From Actinomycetota bacterium (GTDB lineage: Bacteria > Actinomycetota > Actinomycetes > Actinomycetales > Microbacteriaceae): DNA of 64,000 nucleotides. The stretch's first letter is position 1. Every line of letters begins with the position of its first letter. A model generated the notes under the pieces. It was not told the DNA's origin and did no database searches. It worked only from the letters and a program-made list of their open reading frames with translations. A program made the translations under genes and the position numbers. Positions 1-8,747 of the stretch are shown here, one piece after another. The stretch spans positions 2,813 to 66,812 of the forward strand of contig JBEGRV010000002.1 in assembly GCA_041180285.1 (NCBI GenBank), read 5' to 3'.

Positions 1-1581
1 CACCAAAACGTTTTTAGCCCGTCCGTGCTTAATCGCGTTGGTTACCGCCTCACGAACAACCTCGATTAGGCAATAGCTGGCGACCGAGTTGTCAGCAAGC
101 AGCGCTCGAGCCTGATCATCAAAACGTCGAAGTTCGATATTGGCTACCCCCTGCCACACCTGCGATATTTGCTCAATCAGGGCAGACACATCGGCCGTTT
201 CAGTTTCGCTATTCAATCTAAAGATGGCCGAGTCGACATCCCTTCGAATTTGAGTGATCAGCTCGCTATCGAGATTGTCGCTCTGCGAAAGCTTTAGGGC
301 GCCTGCATAAATTGCAGACTGCACTGATCCGTGCAAAATCGATGCGATCCGGCGTTGATTGTGCCAAACCTGCTGACGAAGCTCTGAGTTGACCAGCTCG
401 AGGTCAGCAACCACATCGCGAAGTTGCTGCTCAGACTCGTTTCTAAGTGTTCGTGAAATTTGCATCATCAGCGAAATAGCCGAGGCAACCAGTACCAGCA
501 GATAAAACTGCAGGTAGATGGTGAGAGAGAGCTGAACCCCTAGCCCCAAAAGCAACAGGCTGACGCCTAAGGTTGGCAAGGCAGCCAGCGGAATTACTGC
601 AAACGCAACCGCCCAAACCGGCAGCCAAATGTTGCGGGTGAGCCGCTGGATGATTCGGAAAAATACTAAAATGCCCAGTGCTAATACCGGCACGGCGATC
701 GTTGAAACTGGGCCGCCGATAATTCCAATTAGCGCACCCGAACCCGCGGTGGTGGTGGTGAAAGCGATGATTAGGGGAACAAATTGGTTTCCCAAACTAA
801 CCCGTTTTGGCAGGCGTTGGCGTTCTTTGACCACCTGCTCGATCATGCGATCGAGAGAGTCAGTGGCAGCCGTCGGTACACCAACCTTGCCGATAGTTTT
901 GCTCATCGGTCGCACTACCTCGTCGACCGCCGAGGTAAGCAGGGCAACTTTTTCGCGGGCATTTCCTCCCGATGCTTCAAGCTGATTAATCACCGGTTGA
1001 AACGCTGCATTAATCTGTCGGATGATTTCATCCCGCTGATATTTGATGCGCTCGCGAATACTCCCTCGCAATTCGTCAAGCACTGCTTTCTCGCGACGCA
1101 ATTTGGTGACGGCATCTTCGCTTCGCATCACCGATGCAAGGTAGATAGAAATTGTCGAAATAATTCCGAGGGTTAGCACCGGCCCGGCAGCCAGACGAAA
1201 CGGAACATCTTCGAGGCTGATTACACCGAGTGACGTGCCCACAAGATTTACCGCGACCGCTCGCGCAAGACCAGCAATCAGCAGAGCAACTACGGTAAGT
1301 AGCACCTTTGGCTTACGAAACGTCGCCGGCAAAAGTGTGGCCCGAAATACCAGCATCACCGCGACCACTGCTAAGTAACCAACGGTTGCAACCGCAAACC
1401 ATTCAATGAAAACCGGGCGCTTATCTAAATCACCGATGATCGGCAGCAGGTCGAATACAAAAAAGGTTGCGTAAGACGGGTAAGCATAAGCCAGCAATGT
1501 GCGATTACTAAAAGTAACTGGGCCGGCAGCGTTTCTGATGGCCTCGCGCAAATTGCTCTTGGGGGTCTCAGCTCTTTGCAT
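1..1581 (-). CDS. Multi-TM sensor histidine kinase (NarX/HisKA_3 type), 3' end runs off the window
   Basis: Hand translation of both ends from ATG at 1581 (MQRAETPKSNLREAIRNAAGPV...). H-box RRIASILHGSVQS and N-box EVVREAVTNAIKHG are in the same frame. Lies directly downstream of a NarL-type regulator. Absent from the ORF track because there is no stop in the window. Confidence 0.85.
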   Translation of the reverse strand, partial: MQRAETPKSNLREAIRNAAGPVTFSNRTLLAYAYPSYATFFVFDLLPIIGDLDKRPVFIEWFAVATVGYLAVVAVMLVFRATLLPATFRKPKVLLTVVALLIAGLARAVAVNLVGTSLGVISLEDVPFRLAAGPVLTLGIISTISIYLASVMRSEDAVTKLRREKAVLDELRGSIRERIKYQRDEIIRQINAAFQPVINQLEASGGNAREKVALLTSAVDEVVRPMSKTIGKVGVPTAATDSLDRMIEQVVKERQRLPKRVSLGNQFVPLIIAFTTTTAGSGALIGIIGGPVSTIAVPVLALGILVFFRIIQRLTRNIWLPVWAVAFAVIPLAALPTLGVSLLLLGLGVQLSLTIYLQFYLLVLVASAISLMMQISRTLRNESEQQLRDVVADLELVNSELRQQVWHNQRRIASILHGSVQSAIYAGALKLSQSDNLDSELITQIRRDVDSAIFRLNSETETADVSALIEQISQVWQGVANIELRRFDDQARALLADNSVASYCLIEVVREAVTNAIKHGRAKNVLV

Positions 1582-1597
1582 TCGAGTTAGTCAGCTA

Positions 1598-2251
1598 TCA
1601 AGAGGCTTCAACGATTTGGTGGCCACTGGCCTGCAGATAGGCACGAGCTGCTTCGACTCGAGCGTTGCCGGGTGCCGAAGGATCAATTTGCAGTGCGGCG
1701 AAGATGCGGCTGATGATGCCTTCAACTGCGCGAACCGTAGTTCCGCGGCGAGCGGCAATCTGCGCGTTTGAATAGCCAAGCGCCAGAAGCTGAAGCACCG
1801 AAACCTGGCGCTGTGAAAGCTGAGCCAAGGGCCGCGAAACCGCAAGGTCGTGCCTGAACTCTTTGGCCGATACACCCTGCAGCACAGTTTCTAGAGCTCG
1901 AGTTAAGTCGTCTGAGTTGACCAACTGAGTTTTACGGAGGTAAGCCACCGATTTAGGTAGCGACTTTGGATCGCGGCCAGCAAATCGAGAATCAGGCAGG
2001 TTGGTTAAGAACACCACGGCAACATCTGGTGAGTCTTTGTGCAATGCCTCGACAAAGTCGAAGCCGTTTGGCCCGAGCCCTAGCTCAATGTCAACAACAA
2101 CAGCGTCTGGGTCAAATGCCGCACACGCGCGTCTAGCGTCAGCTGCGTTTGCTGCTGTCGCAACGCTGAAGCCACTTGCCTCGAGGCTCTGCGCAATCAG
2201 ATCGCGAAGCAATGCCTCGTCTTCAACGACAACCACTGAACGGTTATGCAA
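1598..2251 (-). CDS. NarL/LuxR-family response regulator
   Basis: Receiver motifs VVEDE, VVVDIEL, FLT, YLRK; C-terminal LuxR HTH (LSQRQVSVLQLLALGYSNAQIA). Confidence 0.93.
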   Translation of the reverse strand: MHNRSVVVVEDEALLRDLIAQSLEASGFSVATAANAADARRACAAFDPDAVVVDIELGLGPNGFDFVEALHKDSPDVAVVFLTNLPDSRFAGRDPKSLPKSVAYLRKTQLVNSDDLTRALETVLQGVSAKEFRHDLAVSRPLAQLSQRQVSVLQLLALGYSNAQIAARRGTTVRAVEGIISRIFAALQIDPSAPGNARVEAARAYLQASGHQIVEAS

Positions 2252-2495
2252 TTAGGCCTCGTTTACGAAGTTCATCCTCGAGCAAATTGTTACTAGGTTC
2301 GACCAGAACAGTGCCGTCCTTAAACAAGATAACCGGGATGTTTTTCCGGCCTGAAATTTGCTCGGCTTCAACAGCCGCCTCAGGTTGTGCTTCAACATCT
2401 TTCAGTTCGTACTCGACACCGAGTTCGTTGAGTTGAGACTTTGAACGTCGGCAGTCGCTGCACCAGTCAGCACCGAAAAACACTACGTCAGTCAT
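2244..2495 (-). CDS. Glutaredoxin-like (NrdH/mycoredoxin-type) protein
   Basis: 83 aa, WCSDC redoxin motif, cis-Pro loop NIPVI, DG motif. Confidence 0.88.
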   Translation of the reverse strand: MTDVVFFGADWCSDCRRSKSQLNELGVEYELKDVEAQPEAAVEAEQISGRKNIPVILFKDGTVLVEPSNNLLEDELRKRGLIA

Positions 2496-2530
2496 GGTTT
2501 GCCTCCATTGGCTTTGGGTTAGTCAAGAAT

Positions 2531-3175
2531 CTACCGCAATCGGTTCTTATCGGGAATCGTCAAAACTTCGCCGTCAAAAGTTATACCGCTCAAATCACGC
2601 AGCACAATGTCGGCTTCGGTCTCGAGCGCCTTCTCTGAAATTCCGATCACTAGCCCGACGCCCGCTTCGATGGCTGCGGTAACGCCGGCTACGGCATCCT
2701 CAAAAACAACACAGTTCTCTGGCTCAAAACCGAGTCGCTGTGCACCCAATAAATACGGATCAGGATGCGGCTTACCTTTTGCCACATCGTCGCCGGTAAC
2801 CAATTCAGCGGGAATTGGAAGACCAGCCGCAGCCAATCGAGCTCGGCCTAAATTGGCATTGGCCGATGTGCAGACCGTCCAACTGCCAGCAACCAGCGAG
2901 TGCAGCAATTCTTGAGCTCCGCCTAGAGCCTCGGTTTTATGCGCAGTATCTTGCTCGAGTTGGTTGATGTAGTTGTTGGCAGCCTCAAACTCTGCAGCAG
3001 AAACATGCTCGCGCACTTTGTCTTCGGCCCTAACTCCGGCGTTTTCTGGGGCATCCCAATTCCAGCCGGGAGCATATTTTTCGGCCCAAATTTGCCAAGC
3101 CTCAGCGGCGGCAGCGTGCGAATCAACAAGAACTCCGTCGTTATCGAACAGCAGCCCCGAACAGAAAAATTTCAT
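2531..3175 (-). CDS. HAD-IA family hydrolase (sugar-phosphatase-like)
   Basis: LFDNDGVLVDS motif I, GKPHPDPY, VFEDAVAG. Confidence 0.9.
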   Translation of the reverse strand: MKFFCSGLLFDNDGVLVDSHAAAAEAWQIWAEKYAPGWNWDAPENAGVRAEDKVREHVSAAEFEAANNYINQLEQDTAHKTEALGGAQELLHSLVAGSWTVCTSANANLGRARLAAAGLPIPAELVTGDDVAKGKPHPDPYLLGAQRLGFEPENCVVFEDAVAGVTAAIEAGVGLVIGISEKALETEADIVLRDLSGITFDGEVLTIPDKNRLR

Positions 3176-4179
3176 TACTTGGTGATGCGCTTTCGGTTTC
3201 GTTCAGTGATAGTTAGGTAGATGCCGATCACGGCCAAGACAATCAATACTTTTGCGGGGAAGAAGTCTTCCAGAAACCATTTCAGAGTAATTGGCTCGAT
3301 GATTTGGCTGTTCACTCTCCAGGTGCGCAGGTTTTCAATCGCAGAGAAACCGAAGGTGAAACCCATGATTGAGACCACCGCGCCGAAAATAATCGAAAGC
3401 ACGAAATTTAGGTTCGCTGCACCTGCGGCGAGCGCCGTTCTCGGCTTTGGTGCTGCTGGTTTGGCTGCGCGTGCTCGACTGGCAAAACGTGTACCGGCGA
3501 TAATGCCAAAGGCGATGATCAGCTGAATGATGACCCACACCCAAACCTGAAGCGTGGTTCGGGTTACGTCGTAAACCACCAGGCCAAAAATGATTGCGAT
3601 TGCCGTGGTGAAAATCGGCAAGACATATCCGAGGGCGAGTGCCTTTTGTGCATCACTCAGTTTTGCGCGACCCTGCTCATTGGTTTCGAGTTGGTCTTTG
3701 CGCAGGACAAAAGCCTTTAGCAAAACAAAAATGACTAGAGCGGTGGCCAAAATAATCGGGATGTAGACATCGATCAAACGCGAGGTAACTCCCTCGCGAT
3801 TTCCAAAATTATTGAACGCCCCCATGAAATTACCGATTGCAAAAATGGCGCCGGCGACCAATCCGATAATTACGGTGAGCGTTGAGAAACGGTGGGCTGC
3901 ACGCGAGAGCGAATCGTCTTCGCCATTTAGGTGGCGAGCCTCGACCGCCATGTTGAGGCCGAATAGTGCGGCGATAGATCCGCTGGCAATGCCGAGCAGC
4001 GAAAGGTACGGAGAGAAATCGATGTAGTCGCGAGCCTCGATCAGTTGCCCCATAGTGTCGTAAGCCGGTTGCGGGGTGAACAGTGAAACATACTGCGAGA
4101 CCATAAAGAAAGCCCAGGCAACTAAGAGGCCCAGTAGCGGAAGGGCGATGGCCCTGTTTTCGAGTGGAATTCTCTTCAT
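3175..4179 (-). CDS. Hypothetical polytopic membrane protein (about 8 TM, internal duplication)
   Basis: 334-aa ORF with many hydrophobic segments; leaderless TAGGCT promoter; stop overlaps the HAD start. Confidence 0.75.
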   Translation of the reverse strand: MKRIPLENRAIALPLLGLLVAWAFFMVSQYVSLFTPQPAYDTMGQLIEARDYIDFSPYLSLLGIASGSIAALFGLNMAVEARHLNGEDDSLSRAAHRFSTLTVIIGLVAGAIFAIGNFMGAFNNFGNREGVTSRLIDVYIPIILATALVIFVLLKAFVLRKDQLETNEQGRAKLSDAQKALALGYVLPIFTTAIAIIFGLVVYDVTRTTLQVWVWVIIQLIIAFGIIAGTRFASRARAAKPAAPKPRTALAAGAANLNFVLSIIFGAVVSIMGFTFGFSAIENLRTWRVNSQIIEPITLKWFLEDFFPAKVLIVLAVIGIYLTITERNRKRITK

Positions 4180-4207
4180 GACTCGAGCCTAGCCCTAAAC
4201 TTTCAGC
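4180..4207. promoter_or_regulatory. Back-to-back leaderless -10 promoters
   Basis: TAAACT (4196-4201, +) 6 nt before ATG 4208; TAGGCT (4191-4186, -) 6 nt before ATG 4179. Confidence 0.65.
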
Positions 4208-5200
4208 ATGATTCTTGTGATCGGCGAAGCCCTTATCGATTTGATTGAAAATCGCTACCAGCCCGGATCGTTCAATGCGATCGTCGGAGGCGCCAATGCG
4301 AATGTTGCGTTGGCGTTGGCTCGCCGAGGGACCGCACATCAGTTTCTGGGTCGAATCAGCGGTGACCGTTTTGGCAAAATCATTCGAGACCGTCTCGAGT
4401 CAAACCAAGTGCAACTCGACTACTCAATTGCTGCCGACGAACTCACCACACTTGCGGTGGTGTCAATTGACTCTCACGGAGTGCCCAGCTACTCGTTTTA
4501 CGTAAACGGCACGGCCGACTGGGGCTGGACCAACGAAGAGCTACCTACCGATTCGCAAATTGCAGAACTTGGCGCAACCACCATCCAATTTGGCTGCCTA
4601 ACCATGGCTATGGCCCCTGGAAATGCAGTTATTGAAGCGTGGGCAAAACGCCATTTCGATGCCGAAACGCTAACCATCTCACATGACATCAACATGCGGC
4701 CGGCGCTTGGCTTCAAGGCTGAAGTCGAACGGCAGCGAGTTGAACGGGTGAATCAGATTAGCCACCTAATTAAGGCTTCTGACGAAGACATCGAGTGGCT
4801 CTATGGGCTCGACCACAGCAACCCGGCGACCGAAAGTCGAATCGATCAGATTGTCGCTGAATGGATCGGGCAGACCGACCGCTTGGTGCTGGTGACGCGA
4901 GGTGGCGACGGTGTCTCAATTTATCGTGGCCAGCAGGCCCGAATTGACGTGCCATCTCGAAAAATCAATGTGGTCGATACGGTGGGTGCCGGCGATACAT
5001 TCTGCGCCAATCTGCTTGGTCAACTTTCAGATGCCGATGCTCTCGGCACCAAACCGTTCGAGCGACTAGCCGCCCTCAGCGATGACATGCTTAGCGAGTT
5101 TGTTCGCGTTGCTGGTGTTGCAGCCTCGATCACCTGCGAAAGAGCCGGATGCGAACCGCCCACAACAGACGACCTAGATTCGGTACTTGTGAGTCTTTAA
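4208..5200 (+). CDS. PfkB-family carbohydrate kinase (fructokinase-like)
   Basis: GEALID, GGANANVA, DINMRP, KASDED, VVDTVGAGDTF signature. Confidence 0.93.
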   Translation: MILVIGEALIDLIENRYQPGSFNAIVGGANANVALALARRGTAHQFLGRISGDRFGKIIRDRLESNQVQLDYSIAADELTTLAVVSIDSHGVPSYSFYVNGTADWGWTNEELPTDSQIAELGATTIQFGCLTMAMAPGNAVIEAWAKRHFDAETLTISHDINMRPALGFKAEVERQRVERVNQISHLIKASDEDIEWLYGLDHSNPATESRIDQIVAEWIGQTDRLVLVTRGGDGVSIYRGQQARIDVPSRKINVVDTVGAGDTFCANLLGQLSDADALGTKPFERLAALSDDMLSEFVRVAGVAASITCERAGCEPPTTDDLDSVLVSL

Positions 5201-5255
5201 TTTCTTGCTTGCGTTGCTAGCCCTCTTGTCAGAGGCACATGCAAAGATTTGACCA

Positions 5256-8200
5256 ATGAAGAAATTGGATAACCTCTGGTCTTTCAACACCCGCGATCTG
5301 ATGCGTGCGTCGAGTTGCGCCCACTGCATGAAACTGGCGGTTGCACGTGAGCTAGACCAACCCGGTGTGCGCGATTTGGTCGCAGAGTTCACAAAACCGG
5401 TCGAGGGCCTGCCGGTGGTTTACGGTGAAAAATTTGAGGCAGCCATTGAGGCTGAGTTACTGCAGTCTCTGGGCCCAAATGCGTTTCAGCGCCCACTGGG
5501 TGCAGATGCAGTTCAATCAACCATCGATTTGATGCGGGCGAAAGTTCCGGTTATTTACCAGGGGTCGATGAAGCACCGAATTGGCGAAGTTGAGTTTTCA
5601 GGTCGCCCCGACTTTTTGGTTCGCGGCGACTATCAACTCGAGTTTGTTGATGGAAAAATCTCGGCTCGACCTAAACGCGCTGATGAGTTTATCGCGGAGA
5701 AATCTGAAAACCTCTACACCGCCTTCGACGCCAAATTGGCTGGGGTAGCCAAGCCACACTATTTGCTGCAGGTAGGGCTCTATGTCGATGCACTTGCAGA
5801 ATTAGGTCTCAAATCAGCTGAGCTGCACGGCCTAATTTTGGGTTCCAGACAGTTGGCTCTATTTGAAGAATCTGAAATTTTGCCCGCCATGCAGTTGGCT
5901 AGGGCGGCCTTGTTTTCAGCCATTGCTGAGGCTGAAACCATTGAGTTAGATGCGAAAAACCTCTTTTGCGAGAGTGCCGATGCCTGTTCAGTGTGCGAAT
6001 ACCCCGACCTTTGCACCAAGGCTCGAATTGAGGTCGACCACCTCAGCCAGGTCGCCGGAATTAACCGCAGTCAGATTGCAAAACTTGGCAAAAGCGGCAT
6101 CACGACCATGCGAGAGCTGGCTGAAACTAAAGCCCGACCAGCCGAACTGCCAGCCGAAACCTTCAACAAATTACAAACTCAAGCAGCTCTGCAGCACGGG
6201 TACAAAGTTTCTGGCAAACACAGTTTTGTGCTTCTGCCCGATCCTGAAATTAAAGTTCTGCCGCCGAGTTCGGCGAATGACATCTTTTTCGATATTGAAG
6301 GTTTCCCGTTTTTCGAGCAAAAAGGTGGCCTCGAATACCTATGGGGAGCAACTACTCGCGATGGCAAATTTCATCACTGGTGGGCGCACACGCGAGAACA
6401 AGAAAAACTTGCATTTGAAGGCTTTGTGAACTGGGCTGTTGCCACAGTGAAGGCTCATCCAGAAGCGCACATTTACCACTATGCACAATATGAGGTAACT
6501 GCGCTAAACCGAATGGTCGACCGGCACGACACCATGGGCGAAGAGGTGGCCTGGTTGTTTGCCGAAAACAAATTGGTCGACCTGTACAAAACCGTTCGGG
6601 GTTCGATTCAAATTAGCCAGCCAAGCTATTCCATCAAGAAACTTGAGGCTTTCTACGAGCTCAATCGCGACAGTGAAGTTGTTGACGCCATGGGAAGCGT
6701 TGAGTCTTACGACCTTTATCGTCAGCTGGCTGCAGCCAACGACCCGGCTGCAGCCACTGAGCTGGCAAGCATTGCGAGCTACAACGAGGCAGATTGCATT
6801 TCTACTCAAAAACTTTACGACTGGCTGGCCGCACTACCTGATGCCACCGTCGGTTATGACAACCACCAGCTGGTTCTCGATAGAAAAAAACAGTTACGCG
6901 CTAGCCAATCAGAAGAGGATGGGGCTGGCAATAAAGCTGAAATTGAACTCGCTGCTCTAAAACAGGCCACCGACTCAATTGCATCTGCGCTTGACGATTG
7001 GCCCTGGGGTCAAAACGAACTTGCCGACTATCGTGCCAAAATTTGGGAAACCCTGGTGCACTGCATTTTGTTTTACAAACGCGAAGAGGTCATGTTTTGG
7101 CGCGATCTGCGAATCAAGCGCCAGGCGCCAAATGAAACTCTGCACAAAGACCGATCGGCACTTGTGGTAGTTGGTTGTGAGAGTTTCGATCAGAGTTCCG
7201 ACGGCAAAAAAATTCACTACCGGTACTTTCTCGATCAGGGCCAAGCAAATTTCTTCGAGGAAAAAGATCCGATTTATATTCGGTTCGATTACGGCGCGAA
7301 TCAGCAAGATCTTGATCGGGGCTCCGTTACATTTGTGGGCGACGATTACATCGAATTTTCCAGAACCGTTCAAGATTCAAGCGAAAACTTTGCCCCGAAC
7401 GCAATTTTTGATGCCACCCGAATTCCGGCGGGCGCAAAACAAGATGTCATCAGAGAATTCGCGCAAACTCTCGCAGCTGAATGGGGCTCACCAACCCAAG
7501 AACCGCCGAAAAACAGGGCGGTTTTCGACCTGCTAATGCGCAGAGAACCTCGGCTTTCGCAGGGGTCACTGACAGCAGTAGACGGTGAAGATTATTTGAC
7601 AGCGGTAATTGACTCTGCGCTGCGCCTCGACAAATCGGTGCTGGCGATTCAAGGCCCGCCTGGCACCGGAAAAACATATTTAGGTTCGCGCACGATTGCT
7701 GAGCTAGTTGCTCAGGGCAAAAAAATTGGTGTTGTAGCAAACTCACACTCGGCAGTTGAAAACTTGCTTTACGGCTGCCTAGACGCCGGGGTCTCTGCCG
7801 AGCGAATAGCGAAGATGAAGCCAAAAGTCGCTGATCCGAAGCAAATATGGTTCAAACCGGCAAAATACGGTGAGCTAGTTAACTGGCTCGACCAGCAAAT
7901 AGACGGCTTCGTGCTTGGCGGCACAGCCTGGGCATTTTGTAATCCGGTAGTCAACGTAAGGCATTTTGACTATCTATTTATCGATGAGGCGGCACAGTTT
8001 TCTCTGGTCGATGCAATTGCAGTTTCATCGGTGGCTGACAATTTGGTCTTGCTCGGCGACCCTATGCAGTTAACACAGGTGGTTCAGGCAGTGCACCCGG
8101 GTGGTGTCGACAACTCAGCATTGGGCCACTACATGGGTGATCATGAAATTTTGCCCTCGTCGATGGGCTACTTCGTAGAGGTGACTCGAAGAATGCACCC

Positions 8201-8738
8201 GGCAGTAAATGCTCCAGTGTCAAAGCTTGCCTATCAAAATCGATTGCACTCACACGAAAGCGCGATTAGAGAGCTGCCGGGTTTGCCGGCCGGTTTCAAG
8301 TCAATAGCGGTTGAACACCATGGAAATTCAACCTACTCACGAGAAGAAATTTCTGTTGTTTTGAAATTGGTGCAAGACCATGTCAAACTGACCGATCAGT
8401 CTGAAATATTGGTGGTGGCCCCCTACAACGCGCAGGTCGACCTGATTCGAAAAGCCCTCGATCAAGAGGGCTTCATCGATGTGCAAGTTGGCACCGTTGA
8501 CAAATTTCAAGGGCGCGAGGGCAACGTGGTTATCGTCAGCTTGGCAGCTTCAAGCGCATCCGATGCACCTCGCGGGCTAGAGTTTCTGCTCGACAGAAAT
8601 CGGTTGAACGTTGCACTGTCTCGGGCAAAAACCAACAGCTACCTGATCTACAGCCCAAATTTGTTACGCATTAAATTCAGCAAAGTTGAAGATGTTTTGT
8701 GCGTGAGTCGACTAGCTGGCCTAATCGCTGCGGGCTAG
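5256..8738 (+). CDS. TM0106-family RecB-like nuclease fused to RNase H-like exonuclease and Upf1/Dna2-like SF1 helicase
   Basis: RPDFL..DAK..QVGLY (PD-D/ExK); Cys + CSVCEYPDLC; FFDIEG..YNEADC (DEDD-like); QGPPGTGKT, IDEAAQ, GDPMQL, PYNAQV, GTVDKFQGRE, NVALSRAK. Confidence 0.9.
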   Translation: MKKLDNLWSFNTRDLMRASSCAHCMKLAVARELDQPGVRDLVAEFTKPVEGLPVVYGEKFEAAIEAELLQSLGPNAFQRPLGADAVQSTIDLMRAKVPVIYQGSMKHRIGEVEFSGRPDFLVRGDYQLEFVDGKISARPKRADEFIAEKSENLYTAFDAKLAGVAKPHYLLQVGLYVDALAELGLKSAELHGLILGSRQLALFEESEILPAMQLARAALFSAIAEAETIELDAKNLFCESADACSVCEYPDLCTKARIEVDHLSQVAGINRSQIAKLGKSGITTMRELAETKARPAELPAETFNKLQTQAALQHGYKVSGKHSFVLLPDPEIKVLPPSSANDIFFDIEGFPFFEQKGGLEYLWGATTRDGKFHHWWAHTREQEKLAFEGFVNWAVATVKAHPEAHIYHYAQYEVTALNRMVDRHDTMGEEVAWLFAENKLVDLYKTVRGSIQISQPSYSIKKLEAFYELNRDSEVVDAMGSVESYDLYRQLAAANDPAAATELASIASYNEADCISTQKLYDWLAALPDATVGYDNHQLVLDRKKQLRASQSEEDGAGNKAEIELAALKQATDSIASALDDWPWGQNELADYRAKIWETLVHCILFYKREEVMFWRDLRIKRQAPNETLHKDRSALVVVGCESFDQSSDGKKIHYRYFLDQGQANFFEEKDPIYIRFDYGANQQDLDRGSVTFVGDDYIEFSRTVQDSSENFAPNAIFDATRIPAGAKQDVIREFAQTLAAEWGSPTQEPPKNRAVFDLLMRREPRLSQGSLTAVDGEDYLTAVIDSALRLDKSVLAIQGPPGTGKTYLGSRTIAELVAQGKKIGVVANSHSAVENLLYGCLDAGVSAERIAKMKPKVADPKQIWFKPAKYGELVNWLDQQIDGFVLGGTAWAFCNPVVNVRHFDYLFIDEAAQFSLVDAIAVSSVADNLVLLGDPMQLTQVVQAVHPGGVDNSALGHYMGDHEILPSSMGYFVEVTRRMHPAVNAPVSKLAYQNRLHSHESAIRELPGLPAGFKSIAVEHHGNSTYSREEISVVLKLVQDHVKLTDQSEILVVAPYNAQVDLIRKALDQEGFIDVQVGTVDKFQGREGNVVIVSLAASSASDAPRGLEFLLDRNRLNVALSRAKTNSYLIYSPNLLRIKFSKVEDVLCVSRLAGLIAAG

Positions 8739-8747
8739 TAAATTGCT

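Noticed and set aside
443-1176. Short ORFs at 443-628, 629-985 and 784-1176, and the many other 60-180 aa ORFs overlapping annotated genes
   Set aside because: They are antisense or out-of-frame shadows of well-supported genes (here the histidine kinase) and have no motifs or initiation signals.
5256-6020. Cas4-like domain suggesting a CRISPR-Cas locus
   Set aside because: There is no repeat-spacer array or other cas gene in the window; the domain is part of the TM0106 fusion.
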